Made by a program: the position numbers and the translations under genes. A stretch of 64,000 bases of DNA from Halieaceae bacterium (lineage in GTDB: Bacteria > Pseudomonadota > Gammaproteobacteria > Pseudomonadales > Halieaceae): contig CBDEGK010000004.1 in the NCBI GenBank assembly GCA_965237855.1, positions 179,305-243,304 on the forward strand. The letters are read 5' to 3'. Within the stretch, counting starts at the first letter, position 1. Each line of letters opens with the position of its first letter. Shown here piece after piece: positions 22,684 to 35,310 of this stretch. The notes under the pieces are model-generated. The model saw nothing but the letters and a program-made list of their open reading frames with translations. It ran no database searches and was not told where the DNA came from.

Positions 22684-24542
22684 GAGACTTCTCCTGAGCT
22701 CAGCTGCGCAGTTTCTCTGTGCAGCGGCGTTACGTTAGTTCCGGGAATCTGTTGCAAAATCTGTTTGCGAATATTGCGGGCACTGATGGGCGTGCCGTCA
22801 AAACACAATACTGATTTCAACTTGTCCGGGCCAAATTCGAATTCTGCCATCAGCAGGGTGCGCAACTGGGCATCGCGATTCTGCTCAATCACGAAAGTGC
22901 GCTCATGGTTGTCAATGAAATCTTCCACCTCGTCATTGAAAGGGAATGCCCGCACCCTAATGGCGTCGATATGCACACCCTCGTCCGCCAGGTAATCCAG
23001 CGCCTCGAGGCTGGAGGCCTCACTGGTGCCGTAGAAAAGAACACCGATGTCGGTTTCCTGCCGCGCCGGCGTCTGAACGGGAGTCGGTACAAAGGACTTG
23101 GCGGTCTCCCACTTGGCCATCAGCCGGTGCATATTTTGCTCGTAGATTTCGCCGCTCTCGGTATACACCGCGTACTCATCACGGCTGGTGCCGCGGGTAA
23201 AAAATGCCCCCTTGGTGGGGTGGGTACCCGGATAGGTGCGATAGCACAATGCATCGAGATCAACATCCAGGTAACGACCAAATTCTTCCATGTTGTCCAG
23301 GTCTTCCGCCGACAGGACCTTGCCGCGATCATACTCGCGCTCATCGTCCCAGGTAAACGGTGCCGACATATTGTCATTCATACCCAGATCCAGGTCGGAC
23401 ATGAGGATAATCGGTGTCTGCAGACGTTCGGCCAGGTCGAAAGAGTCCGCCGTCATATTGAAACACTCCAGCGGTGAAGACGGGAACAGCAACACCTGCT
23501 TGGTGTCACCATGGGAAGCATAGGCTGTAGACAACACATCAGACTGCTGGGTACGGGTGGGCATGCCGGTGGAGGGACCTGCCCGCTGCACGTCGATCAG
23601 CACCGTCGGAATTTCTGCGAAGTAGGCCAGTCCGAGGAATTCTGACATCAGTGAGATGCCGGGGCCACTGGTGGCGGTAAAAGCACGCGCGCCATTCCAG
23701 CTCGCCCCAATCACCATGCCGATGGCTGCCAATTCATCTTCCGCCTGCACAATCGCGTAGTTCTTCTGGCCGCTGCCGGGATCGATGCGCATGCGCTTGC
23801 AGTACTTTTCGAAGGCCTCGATCACCGAGGTAGACGGCGTAATCGGGTACCAGGCAGCCATGGTAGCGCCACCGTAGATGGCGCCAAGACCCACGGCGCT
23901 GTTGCCGTCAATCAGAATGGCGTCGCCGACCAGGTCCCGGGCTTCGACACGAATAGAGAGGGGACAGTCAAAATTCTCCTTGGCGTACTGGTGTCCTAAT
24001 TCCAGGGCGTGGATATTGGGCGCCACTAATTTATCCTTGCCCTTGAACTGGTCAGCAACCAGGCGGGTGATAACGCCCATATCGATGTCCAGCAATGCGG
24101 CCAGGGCACCGACGTAGATAACGTTTTTGAAGAGCTGGCGCTGACGGGGATCGGTGTATTCCCGGGCGCAGATCTTGGTCAGCGGCAGACCGAGGATCTG
24201 CACGTCGTTTCGAATCAGGCGCAGGTCCAGGGGCTTGGTATTGTCGTAGATAAAAAATCCGCCGCTCTCCACTTCCTGGATGTCCTGGGGCATGCTCTGC
24301 GGGTTGACGCTGAGCATGATGTCCACCCCGCCACGACGGCCAAGATAGCCCTTCTCACTCACGCGTACTTCATACCAGGTTGGTAAACCCTGGATGTTGG
24401 AGGGGAAAATATTTTTCGGACAAACCGGCAGGCCCATCCGGAACAGAGCCTTGGCAAACAAATGATTGGCGCTGGCCGAACCTGTGCCGTTAACGTTGGC
24501 AAACTTGATGACAAAGTCGTTTACCGCTTGAATAGTTTTCAT
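22680..24542 (-). CDS. korA: 2-oxoacid:ferredoxin oxidoreductase alpha subunit
   Basis: 620 aa starting FANVNGTGSASAN..., a fused gamma/alpha-type KorA architecture. Confidence 0.85.
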   Translation of the reverse strand: MKTIQAVNDFVIKFANVNGTGSASANHLFAKALFRMGLPVCPKNIFPSNIQGLPTWYEVRVSEKGYLGRRGGVDIMLSVNPQSMPQDIQEVESGGFFIYDNTKPLDLRLIRNDVQILGLPLTKICAREYTDPRQRQLFKNVIYVGALAALLDIDMGVITRLVADQFKGKDKLVAPNIHALELGHQYAKENFDCPLSIRVEARDLVGDAILIDGNSAVGLGAIYGGATMAAWYPITPSTSVIEAFEKYCKRMRIDPGSGQKNYAIVQAEDELAAIGMVIGASWNGARAFTATSGPGISLMSEFLGLAYFAEIPTVLIDVQRAGPSTGMPTRTQQSDVLSTAYASHGDTKQVLLFPSSPLECFNMTADSFDLAERLQTPIILMSDLDLGMNDNMSAPFTWDDEREYDRGKVLSAEDLDNMEEFGRYLDVDLDALCYRTYPGTHPTKGAFFTRGTSRDEYAVYTESGEIYEQNMHRLMAKWETAKSFVPTPVQTPARQETDIGVLFYGTSEASSLEALDYLADEGVHIDAIRVRAFPFNDEVEDFIDNHERTFVIEQNRDAQLRTLLMAEFEFGPDKLKSVLCFDGTPISARNIRKQILQQIPGTNVTPLHRETAQLSSGEVS

Positions 24543-24545
24543 CGT

Positions 24546-26372
24546 TTACTGTCCCGCCTGGCTGACGTTGTAGAGGAACCGCTGCATATCCCAGGCGGTG
24601 GTGGGACAGCGCTCGGCACAGAGCCCGCAGTGCAGGCACACATTTTCGTCTTTCACCATGACTCGCGCCGTCGGCAATTTTTCCGAGACATACAGGTCCT
24701 GGGTCAGGTTACTTGCCGGCGCCTCCAGGCGCGTGCGCAATTCAACCTCGTCACCATTGTTGGTAAAGCTGATGCAGTCGGTGGGGCAGATATCCACGCA
24801 GGCATCACACTCAATACAGCGCGTTTCCTGGAACACCGTCTGCACATCACAGTTCAGACAGCGCTGGGCCTCCTTGAAGCCAGTGCTGGCGTCAAAGCCC
24901 AGCTCTACTTCCACCTTGCGGTCTTTCAAAGTTTTATCTTTGTCGGCCTGAGGCACGATGTAGCGCAGGTCTGCCTCTATTGCGTTGTCGTAGCTCCACT
25001 CGTGAATGCCCATCTTGGTGCTGACCAGGTTCACCCCCGGCGCCAGCCGGTCCTTTACACTTTCGCCGCGACAGTAGAGGTCTATGGAGACCGCCGCCTG
25101 GTGCGCATGGGCAACCGCGGTGATGATATTTTCGGGGCCGAAGGCGGCATCGCCGCCAAAAAACACGTTGGGCAGACTGGTCTGGAAAGTAACCTCGTCC
25201 ACCACCGGCATATCCCACTTGCCAAACTGAAGCCCGATATCGCGCTCTATCCAGGGAAAGGTATTCTCTTGACCGATGGCCATGAGAACGGCATCCGCCT
25301 CCATCAGCACCAGGTCTTCACCCGTGGGCACCAGCTCGCGGTTGCCCTCATCGTCGTAAACCGCCTCGACTTTCTCGAACTGCACACCTATAAACTGGCC
25401 ATCTTCCACCACGAACGCCTTGGGTACATGGTTGTCGTAGATGGGGATGTCCTCGTGCATGGCATCCTCTTTTTCCCAGGGGGATGCCTTCATATTGGCA
25501 AAGGGGCTACGCACCACAACGCGCACATCTTCCCCACCGAGGCGACGGGCGGTGCGACAACAATCCATGGCGGTATTGCCACCGCCGAGTACCAGCACTT
25601 TTTTACCAATACTCTCGACGTGTTCAAAGGCCACACTCGACAACCAATCGATGCCGACGTGAATACTGGCGTCGGCCTCCTCCCGCCCCGGCAGGTTGGG
25701 CAGGTCCTTGCCGCGCGGCGCACCGGTGCCAACGAAGATGGCGTCATAACCCTGGCTGAGTACCGCCTTGAGGCTGTCCACGTAATGGCTGAAGGTGGTG
25801 ACCGCGCCCATATCGAGGATGTAGTTCACTTCCTGGCGCAGCACCTCGATAGGCAGGCGGAAGGCGGGGATCTGGCTCAACATCATGCCACCGCCCTCAA
25901 GCTGTTCGTCAAAGATATCCACCTGGTAACCCAACGGCATTAAATCGCGGGCCACTGTTAGCGAGGCCGGGCCAGCCCCAATCAGTGCAATGCGCTTACC
26001 GTTCTTGCGGGTTGGAATTTCCGGCATGCGCGCGGCAATAGCCTCTTCATTCTTGTTGTCAGCCGCCACCCTTTTCAGTCGACAGATAGCAACCGGTTCC
26101 TCTTCAATACGACCCCGACGGCAGGCGGGTTCGCAGGGGCGATCACAGGTGCGCCCGAGCACGCCCGGGAACACATTCGACTCCCAATTGATCATATAGG
26201 CATCGTCGTAGCGCTCGAAGGCGATCATGCGGATATACTGCGGCACCGGTGTATGTGCGGGACATGCATACTGGCAGTCCACCACCTTGTGGAAGTACTC
26301 GGGGTCTTTGATATCGGTTGCTTTCACAGTTACAGCCCTGTTTTTTTCGGCCCTATAGGGGCCCACTGACAA
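24546..26372 (-). CDS. FAD/NAD(P)-dependent oxidoreductase (GltD-like) fused to a 4Fe-4S dicluster ferredoxin domain
   Basis: 608 aa with the GAGPAS Rossmann motif and C-terminal CIECDACVDICP and CLHCGLCAERCP motifs. It lies immediately upstream of korA (3-nt gap). Confidence 0.75.
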   Translation of the reverse strand: MSVGPYRAEKNRAVTVKATDIKDPEYFHKVVDCQYACPAHTPVPQYIRMIAFERYDDAYMINWESNVFPGVLGRTCDRPCEPACRRGRIEEEPVAICRLKRVAADNKNEEAIAARMPEIPTRKNGKRIALIGAGPASLTVARDLMPLGYQVDIFDEQLEGGGMMLSQIPAFRLPIEVLRQEVNYILDMGAVTTFSHYVDSLKAVLSQGYDAIFVGTGAPRGKDLPNLPGREEADASIHVGIDWLSSVAFEHVESIGKKVLVLGGGNTAMDCCRTARRLGGEDVRVVVRSPFANMKASPWEKEDAMHEDIPIYDNHVPKAFVVEDGQFIGVQFEKVEAVYDDEGNRELVPTGEDLVLMEADAVLMAIGQENTFPWIERDIGLQFGKWDMPVVDEVTFQTSLPNVFFGGDAAFGPENIITAVAHAHQAAVSIDLYCRGESVKDRLAPGVNLVSTKMGIHEWSYDNAIEADLRYIVPQADKDKTLKDRKVEVELGFDASTGFKEAQRCLNCDVQTVFQETRCIECDACVDICPTDCISFTNNGDEVELRTRLEAPASNLTQDLYVSEKLPTARVMVKDENVCLHCGLCAERCPTTAWDMQRFLYNVSQAGQ

Positions 26373-26537
26373 ATCCGGTCAATTATTTCACAAATACCTG
26401 CTTTTTACACCGACTATGGCGGCGAAAAACCCTGCTATTCCGCGGGCTTGCAACCATTTTTGCAGTTCACGGGGAGTGGTCGAGCAATCTAAACCGCGGC
26501 GGCTAAGTGACTGCGCGCCCGCGGCTAGGCGCCCCCC

Positions 26538-27142
26538 CTAAAACAGTCCGAAAAAGCCGCCGCTCTTCTGGAAATCCTTCTCACAGCCATTCAGCTGCTT
26601 GGTGTAGCGCGCGGAATTCTTTGAGACCTTCCTGGACACATCCTTCAGCCATTGCTTGTTTTTGAAGCTGCGCTTGTTAAATCCTCCCCAGCCCTCGTGG
26701 TAGGCGAGATAGAGGTGATAGGGATCGTCTTTCTTGATACCGCTGCGCTTGTAGGACTGGTGGTTGTACCAGCCAATGAAGTCGATGGAATCACCAAAAT
26801 CGTCACGATCGGCGCCGTAGTTCCCGCCATCGCGAATATAGGATTCCCAGGTTGCCGTCAGGGCCTGGGTATAGCCGTAAGACGAGGATGGTCTCGGTCC
26901 CGGAATGACCCATAGAATCTTTTTGCGCGGCGGCTTGGCCTTGGCCTTGAAGCGGGACTCCTGGTGCATGATGGCCATCATCACCGGAATCGGGCTGCCC
27001 CAGCGATCACTGGCCTTGTCGGCATCCTTGTACCAGCCCTTCTTCTCCTCGAACATGCTGCATATATTGCTCACATCGGTGGGCGGCGATGTGGTACACC
27101 CTGAAATCATAAAAGCTATAAATATCAATAGTATACGAATCA

Positions 27143-27143
<1 letters not shown>
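26538..27143 (-). CDS. lipoprotein with SLT-like lytic transglycosylase motif
   Basis: The lipobox is IAFMISGC. HQESRFKAKA supplies the catalytic E-S motif. The start ATG overlaps the ligA stop (TAATG). Confidence 0.55.
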
Positions 27144-29194
<2,051 letters not shown>

Positions 29195-29980
29195 CTAGCG
29201 GATACCGTGGGTCAGCAGGCGCCGTTCCAGGTCCCTGATCTGCTGACGGATATGTTCCTGGGTCTGACGCGTCGCCACACTGCGCGACTCGTCGAGAAGA
29301 TCGCCATTGAGATTGCTGGCCACACATTCGGCTGTCTCCAGCATGGATTCGAAGGCGGCCATCATATCCTTCGGGCCCGGCAGGGTTAGAAAGAAAATCA
29401 ATCCCTGGGTGGTAAACCCGGTCATGCCATCAATATCAAAGACACCTGGTTGCATCATATTGGCGACACTGAACTGAATCTGACCTCGCCCCGCCTTTTG
29501 CTCGTGGCGATGGAAGAAATTCATGTCGCCGAATCGCAAATCACAGGCCAGCAGAATATGCAGAATCTCTTCGCCGGCAAAACCGGCTTCATCGCGGGCG
29601 ATTACATGCATCATGACCACTTCCTGCTCAATACCCTCGGGAAGCTCTGCTGCTGCCGGCTGTTCCCGGCTGGATAAGCCCAACACCATATCCGGGTGCT
29701 CTGGCCCGTCTTCAGCCAGTCCTGAAAAACCAGTGTCTGACTCGGCATCCTCTTCCGGAAGGTCTTCTTCGTCACTGCGTTCGATCACCCGGGCACCACC
29801 ACCGGGTAATTCACTGGATCTGTGCAGGTCGCTGTCACCCTCGGGGCCCTCGGGCACTTTGGACAGGGACATCCTGACCCGGGATGGGTCCGAGCGCATA
29901 CGCCGATAGCCGTCCAGTAATACCGCCAGTATCAGCAAAATGCCGATAATGATCATCCAATCGCGAATGTTGATATCCAT
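29195..29980 (-). CDS. zipA: cell division protein ZipA
   Basis: The start at ATG 29980 (MDINIRDWMIIIGILLILAVLLDGYRR) overlaps the smc stop (TGATG). It has an N-terminal TM helix, an acidic/Pro linker and a C-terminal FtsZ-binding domain. Confidence 0.85.
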   Translation of the reverse strand: MDINIRDWMIIIGILLILAVLLDGYRRMRSDPSRVRMSLSKVPEGPEGDSDLHRSSELPGGGARVIERSDEEDLPEEDAESDTGFSGLAEDGPEHPDMVLGLSSREQPAAAELPEGIEQEVVMMHVIARDEAGFAGEEILHILLACDLRFGDMNFFHRHEQKAGRGQIQFSVANMMQPGVFDIDGMTGFTTQGLIFFLTLPGPKDMMAAFESMLETAECVASNLNGDLLDESRSVATRQTQEHIRQQIRDLERRLLTHGIR

Positions 29981-32900
29981 CAGCTCGCCGCCAGTTCTGC
30001 CGCCTCTTCTACGTCCACAGTCACCAGGCGCGATACGCCGGGCTCCTGCATGGTTACGCCCATCAGTTGATCCGCCATTTCCATGGTGATCTTGTTGTGG
30101 GTGATGAAAATAAACTGCACGTGCTCCGACATCTCTTTCACCATGCGCGCATAACGGGCGGTGTTGGCGTCGTCCAGGGGCGCATCCACTTCGTCCAGCA
30201 TGCAAAAGGGTGCCGGGTTCAGCTGGAATATTGAGAAGACCAAGGCAATCGCAACCAGCGCTTTCTCGCCACCCGAAAGCAGGTGAATGGTGCTGTTCTT
30301 CTTGCCCGGGGGCCGTGCCATGATGGTAATGCCGGTGTCCAACAGATCCTCGCCGGTCATTTCCAGGTAAGCAGAGCCACCGCCGAATACCCGCGGGAAA
30401 AGGTCCTTGAGGGTGTTGTTAACCTGATCGAAAGTCTCACGGAAACGATTGCGGGTTTCCCGGTCAATCTTGCGAATGGCCGACGCCAATGTCTCCAGCG
30501 CTGTCACCAGGTCTTCATTCTGTGCGTCGAGGTAGTTCTTCCGCTCGGACTGCTGGGTGTATTCGTCAATGGCCGCGAGGTTGATTGGGCCGAGCCGCGA
30601 AATGCGATTGCCGACCTGTTCCAGCGAACGCTGCCACTCACCCTCGTTGGCATGCTCCGGCATATCCCGCAGCACGTCTTCTACCTTGTGGCCCGACTCC
30701 TGCAGTTGATCCTGTACGGTCTGCCGTTGCACCTGCAAGGTTTGATTGTTGAGCTTCTGCTGCTCCAGTTCAGAGCGAACTGCTTGCGAGCGCTGCTCGA
30801 TGCCGGCGCGGCGACTCTCTGCTTCACGCATCAGGTTATCCAGTTCGGCCACTCGCTGACGGGCCTCCGCCAACTCGCCCTCGACTTCCAGACGCTGCTG
30901 CAGTTGTTCCTCGAGCTGTTGCTGCATGCCTTGCAGTGGCGAATCGTTTTGCTCCAGGCTGTCGCTGAGCGAGGCCTTACGCGTTACCAGTTGTTCCACC
31001 TGGGCGCCGGTGCGCTCTATCGATTGCCCCATACTGTCCAGCTGCGCCTCCAGGGACTGATTGCGCATGGCACTTTGATGGGCCGCGTCTTTGTCGTGGC
31101 GAGCTTGCTGACGCGCGTTATCCAATTCTGTGCGGGTCTGGTCTCGCGCGGCCAGTAACGCTTCTCGAGCCTTGGAATCTGCCTCCATAGATTCTATAGC
31201 GGCGGCCAACAAGCGACGCGCCTCGGCCATGGACTGCTGTTCACTTTGAAACTGGCTCCGGGATTCGTCAATCTCCCGGTTGATACCTTCACGGCGTTTG
31301 CTGATCTGTTCAATCTTGGCCTGCTCGGCGCTGAGTTCTGCACTCATATTCGCCAGTTGGCGTGTCTCTGTCTGCAATTGGGCCTGGGCATCGTGGCGTT
31401 GCCCCTCCAACTGCTTCAGCGATTCCAGTGTCTGCGCCAGGCTGTCTTCAATTTGCTGACACGCCTGCTCAGTGGACTGCATATCCCCCAGCAATTGTTC
31501 CAGCTCTTGCTGGCGCTGAATGACACCGACCTCGTCATCATCAACCCGCGCCACCCGCAACCAATTACTGCCCAACCAGATCCCCTCGCGGGTGATGATC
31601 GACTGATGTGCCTGCAGGCTGGCACGCCGCTGCAAGGCCCCTGACAAACTCTCCGCTACCAGCACAGAACCCAGCAGAGCCGAGCAATCCTGGCCGCCGC
31701 TGACCTTCGCTGCCAGACTTTCTGCCGCGGCACCATTGCCGCACTGGCCGCCATCGAGCAGTAACAGCGAACCTTTGGGAGGATCTGCCAGGGGCGCCTG
31801 CAAATCGTCGATACGATCGACGCAGACGGCCTGCAGGTAATCTCCCAGCACGGTTTCCACCGCCAATTGCCAGTCCGGTTCAACCTGCAGCTGGTCCAAC
31901 AGACGCGGGCGCTCTGTCAGTTGCTGTTGCTGCAACCAGTTCTGAACGCCACTGCCCTGGTCCGTCGCCGCCTGCTGCAAGGCTTCCAGGGAGGCGTGCC
32001 GGCCGCGCATGGTCTGCAACTCACCACGGGCCTGGTCCAACTGCCGGGACAGTTCGGTGCGCTGCTCACGGGACTGGTTGACTTGCTCCAGCAGCTGCTC
32101 GGCTAATTGTTCCTGCTCACCAATCTTTAATTCCTGGGTCGCAATGTGCTCCCCAAGTTGATCGCAAATTTCATCCGCCGGGCCCGCACTCAGACTCTGC
32201 TTTTCTTCCTCCAGGCTGGTAATGCGCTGCTGAACCCGCTGCAGAGCCTGTTCCAGGTGCTGGATACGAGACTGCTGCACCTCCGCCTGCTGGCGTGGCT
32301 CCGCCGCGCGCTGGTTAAATTCATCCCATTCCTGTTGCCACGTCTGCATGGTCTCTTCTGCCGTCTGCAGGCTTGCCGCGGAGATTTGTTCAGTGCCTTG
32401 CAGGGACTCGAGTTCGGGGCCGACTTGGGCAATCTCGGTCTGCCACTGCTGCTGTTGCTCGCGATCACTTTCGAGATGTTGTTGCGCCTCAGCAAAACTG
32501 CTCTCGGTCTGACTCAGGTCTTCAGCCAGTTGCCGCGCGCGCTCCTGCTGATGTTTGATACTCTGCTCAATACGGGCAACCTCAGCACCGAGACTGTAGT
32601 AGCGCGCCTGTACCTCGTTGAAGTCGTCGGTGGCCTCGGTATGCGCGAGGCGGTGTTGTTCCAGCTCCGTATCCACCTGTCGGTGTTCGGCAATCACGCC
32701 CTCCAACTTGACTTCCAGTTCACCCATCTGGTGTTTGCACTCGCCAATCTGGCCGTCCAGGCTCTGCCACTGCAGGGCGTACAGCTGTGCCTTCAGAGTG
32801 CGCTCCTCGGCTTTGAAATCACTGTACTTTTCGGCGGCCTGGGCCTGTCGCTGCAAATGCTGCAGCTGCCGTTCCAGCTCATCGCGCAGGTCCGTGAGGC

Positions 32901-33477
32901 GCTCCAGGTTCTCCATTGTGCGCCGCATGCGGCTTTCAGTCTCTTTACGCCGCTCCTTGTACTTGGAGATGCCAGCAGCTTCTTCGATAAACACCCGCAA
33001 CTCTTCCGGCCTGGAATCGACCAGGCGCGAGATCATGCCCTGTTCAATAATGGCGTAGCTGCGTGGGCCCAGCCCGGTGCCGAGGAATATATCGGTGATG
33101 TCCCGGCGTCGGCACTTGCCACCGTTGAGAAAATACTCGGACTGACCCTCGCGCATTACCTGTCGTTTGATGGAAATTTCCGCGTAGCTGGCGTACTCGC
33201 CACCGATGCTACCGTCCTGGTTGTCGAACACCAGCTCAATGGAGGCCTGCCCCACTGGCTGGCGGTTGATCGAACCATTGAAAATGACATCGCTCATGGA
33301 TTCGCCACGCAGATTCTTGGCGGAACTCTCGCCCATTACCCAGCGCACGGCGTCGATAATATTGGACTTACCACAGCCATTAGGGCCAACCACAGCACAC
33401 ATATTGCTGGGGAAATTGACACTAGTGGGGTCGACGAAGGTCTTAAAACCCGCCAGCTGAATGCTCTTTAATCTCAT
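29980..33477 (-). CDS. smc: chromosome segregation protein SMC
   Basis: 1165 aa with Walker A GPNGCGKSN, long coiled coils, the LSGGEKAL signature and the Walker B sequence FCMLDEVDAPLD. Confidence 0.95.
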   Translation of the reverse strand: MRLKSIQLAGFKTFVDPTSVNFPSNMCAVVGPNGCGKSNIIDAVRWVMGESSAKNLRGESMSDVIFNGSINRQPVGQASIELVFDNQDGSIGGEYASYAEISIKRQVMREGQSEYFLNGGKCRRRDITDIFLGTGLGPRSYAIIEQGMISRLVDSRPEELRVFIEEAAGISKYKERRKETESRMRRTMENLERLTDLRDELERQLQHLQRQAQAAEKYSDFKAEERTLKAQLYALQWQSLDGQIGECKHQMGELEVKLEGVIAEHRQVDTELEQHRLAHTEATDDFNEVQARYYSLGAEVARIEQSIKHQQERARQLAEDLSQTESSFAEAQQHLESDREQQQQWQTEIAQVGPELESLQGTEQISAASLQTAEETMQTWQQEWDEFNQRAAEPRQQAEVQQSRIQHLEQALQRVQQRITSLEEEKQSLSAGPADEICDQLGEHIATQELKIGEQEQLAEQLLEQVNQSREQRTELSRQLDQARGELQTMRGRHASLEALQQAATDQGSGVQNWLQQQQLTERPRLLDQLQVEPDWQLAVETVLGDYLQAVCVDRIDDLQAPLADPPKGSLLLLDGGQCGNGAAAESLAAKVSGGQDCSALLGSVLVAESLSGALQRRASLQAHQSIITREGIWLGSNWLRVARVDDDEVGVIQRQQELEQLLGDMQSTEQACQQIEDSLAQTLESLKQLEGQRHDAQAQLQTETRQLANMSAELSAEQAKIEQISKRREGINREIDESRSQFQSEQQSMAEARRLLAAAIESMEADSKAREALLAARDQTRTELDNARQQARHDKDAAHQSAMRNQSLEAQLDSMGQSIERTGAQVEQLVTRKASLSDSLEQNDSPLQGMQQQLEEQLQQRLEVEGELAEARQRVAELDNLMREAESRRAGIEQRSQAVRSELEQQKLNNQTLQVQRQTVQDQLQESGHKVEDVLRDMPEHANEGEWQRSLEQVGNRISRLGPINLAAIDEYTQQSERKNYLDAQNEDLVTALETLASAIRKIDRETRNRFRETFDQVNNTLKDLFPRVFGGGSAYLEMTGEDLLDTGITIMARPPGKKNSTIHLLSGGEKALVAIALVFSIFQLNPAPFCMLDEVDAPLDDANTARYARMVKEMSEHVQFIFITHNKITMEMADQLMGVTMQEPGVSRLVTVDVEEAAELAAS

Positions 33478-33623
33478 AAGGTCTTAAATATGTCTTATAA
33501 GTGTGTGAATTTATTATGTTTATACCGGCTTCCCCCTGTGAAAACCAATATCTTCAACCACAATATATAGTGGGATAGTTTACCTCGACTACACTAGGCT
33601 TGGGAGTGCAAACAGGCTTTTTT

Positions 33624-34823
33624 TTAGATTTTTTTGGGCCGCAGCAACAGCTCGCGAATGGGACCTTCAGCGCTGGGCGCAACCGGGCCCAGTTGTCCCT
33701 GCCAGCTGGCATGCTCTTCGCCCGGTTGTCCATTGCGACTAACGCGGGCGACGATTAGAACCCGCTCCAGCGCCGACAGCTTCTGCCCGGCCATGGCGGC
33801 GGCATCATCGAGGCGCACCTCCAGGGGCAACTGCCCAACACTGAAACGTCTGACTGCCACCGGCATACGCGACTCGCTGTCGGCATTGCGGGCGAACACA
33901 AAGACCACGTCTGTGGGCGCAAGTTCGGCCGCATCGGGCAGGCTTACCCGCACGGTAATATGGCGGCCTACGTGTTCCGACTCAACGGATGCAGATCCTG
34001 CAGCCTGCCCCTGATCGGCAACCGCCTGCTCGGCCCGCGTAATAACACCTGCGATAAGCTCTGCCCCCTGGGAACCGGGTTCTTCCACCGTCAACAAACG
34101 TTGCCAGTAGCCAATGGCAGCCCGGTATTGTTGTCGTTCAAACGCCACCATGCCCAGTAAACCCAGCGCCGAGCGTTCATGGGGATTCTGGTTGAGGGCC
34201 CGCTCCGCCAGCATTTGCGCCTCTTGATCCAAGACTCGACCGCTGGCGAGGAAACTGGCCTGGGCTGCCAGCGCCAGCACCGAGGGGTCGGTGGGATTCG
34301 CCTCGACCAGGCGGAGGTAAATAGTGCGGGCCCGCTGATAATCTTCACCACTCATGTAGTAGCGACCCAGCATGGCCTGGTAATGGAGATTATCCGGACG
34401 TTGTGCAGCCCTGGCGGCAACCGCCGCCATCAGCTCATGCACTTGTGCCTCGCCGGTTTCCGGATCGAACGCTTGGATCGCCTGTCCTAGTCTGACATCT
34501 TCCGCGGCCCCCAGTTGCAGGTATATCAGCGCCGCCAGGGCAGCGACGGGCAGCAGCAGCCAGCCCAGGCGGGCTTCGCCTGCTCTTTCATTCTCCTCGT
34601 GAAGATGATCGACCTCGTCTTCCAACAACCGCAGGCCGGCATCCTCCAGTAATGCCGGCTCCGCCTGCTCCGCCGCCAGTTCTCGCTGGCGGAGCTGAAA
34701 CCAGGCCAGGTTGTCCTGCTTCAGGCTGACCCGCTGTTCGCCGCGGATAAACCAGCGCGGGAACAAGACAAACAATCCGGCCAGTAACAATAACAGCCCG
34801 GCACCCAGCCAAAATTCAGTCAT
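33624..34823 (-). CDS. ccmI: c-type cytochrome biogenesis protein CcmI (TPR)
   Basis: 399 aa with N-terminal TM helices and TPR repeats, positioned after ccmH. Confidence 0.8.
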   Translation of the reverse strand: MTEFWLGAGLLLLLAGLFVLFPRWFIRGEQRVSLKQDNLAWFQLRQRELAAEQAEPALLEDAGLRLLEDEVDHLHEENERAGEARLGWLLLPVAALAALIYLQLGAAEDVRLGQAIQAFDPETGEAQVHELMAAVAARAAQRPDNLHYQAMLGRYYMSGEDYQRARTIYLRLVEANPTDPSVLALAAQASFLASGRVLDQEAQMLAERALNQNPHERSALGLLGMVAFERQQYRAAIGYWQRLLTVEEPGSQGAELIAGVITRAEQAVADQGQAAGSASVESEHVGRHITVRVSLPDAAELAPTDVVFVFARNADSESRMPVAVRRFSVGQLPLEVRLDDAAAMAGQKLSALERVLIVARVSRNGQPGEEHASWQGQLGPVAPSAEGPIRELLLRPKKI

Positions 34824-35310
34824 CCCGCGTCAACCTTTCAGATTCGTTCAACAGGGCCCGCAATCGCTCCGCATCATCAGCTGATTCGGTATCAGCACCC
34901 GGCCGCGACGGCGATTTTCGCAACACGCCGACCAGCACCAGCAGCGCGCCGAGGAGCAGCAAGATGGGCGCCAACCACAGCACCGCGGTCTGCGCATTCC
35001 AGCGCGGTCGATAGAGAACGAATTCGCCATAGCGCGACACCATGTATTCCGCAATCTCATCGTCGCTCTTGCCGGCGTGCAACTGCTGGTGTAATTGGCG
35101 GCGAAGATCGGCGGCAATCGGCGCATTGGAATCGGCGATATTCTGGTTCTGGCACTTGGGGCAACGCAATTCCGCGCTCAGGTCAAAGTAACGTTGCTGC
35201 AATTCGAGGTTGTCGAATTCATAGGTCTCAATCACCGCCCCTGCCGGCAGGGCCAACCAGAGCAGGCAGATCAACAGGCGCTTCATCAAGCTCTCTACTA
35301 CTATCTGCAT
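34816..35310 (-). CDS. ccmH: cytochrome c-type biogenesis protein CcmH
   Basis: Carries the LRCPKCQNQ motif. The alternative start at 35286 (MKRLLICLLWLALPAGA) gives a cleaner signal peptide. Confidence 0.85.
   Translation of the reverse strand: MQIVVESLMKRLLICLLWLALPAGAVIETYEFDNLELQQRYFDLSAELRCPKCQNQNIADSNAPIAADLRRQLHQQLHAGKSDDEIAEYMVSRYGEFVLYRPRWNAQTAVLWLAPILLLLGALLVLVGVLRKSPSRPGADTESADDAERLRALLNESERLTRDD

Noticed and set aside
24462-25943. 493-aa plus-strand ORF
   Set aside because: It is antisense to the FAD/Fe-S oxidoreductase and the korA start. The same mirror-frame artefact applies.
29981-30205. 75-codon N-terminal extension of zipA (TTG start at 30205)
   Set aside because: It lies inside smc in another frame. 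The ZipA TM anchor begins at the ATG at 29980, which is coupled to the smc stop.
32146-33471. 441-aa plus-strand ORF (and 30283-31158, 291 aa)
   Set aside because: Both are antisense to smc. The Leu/Gln-rich sequence reflects the complement of coiled-coil codons.
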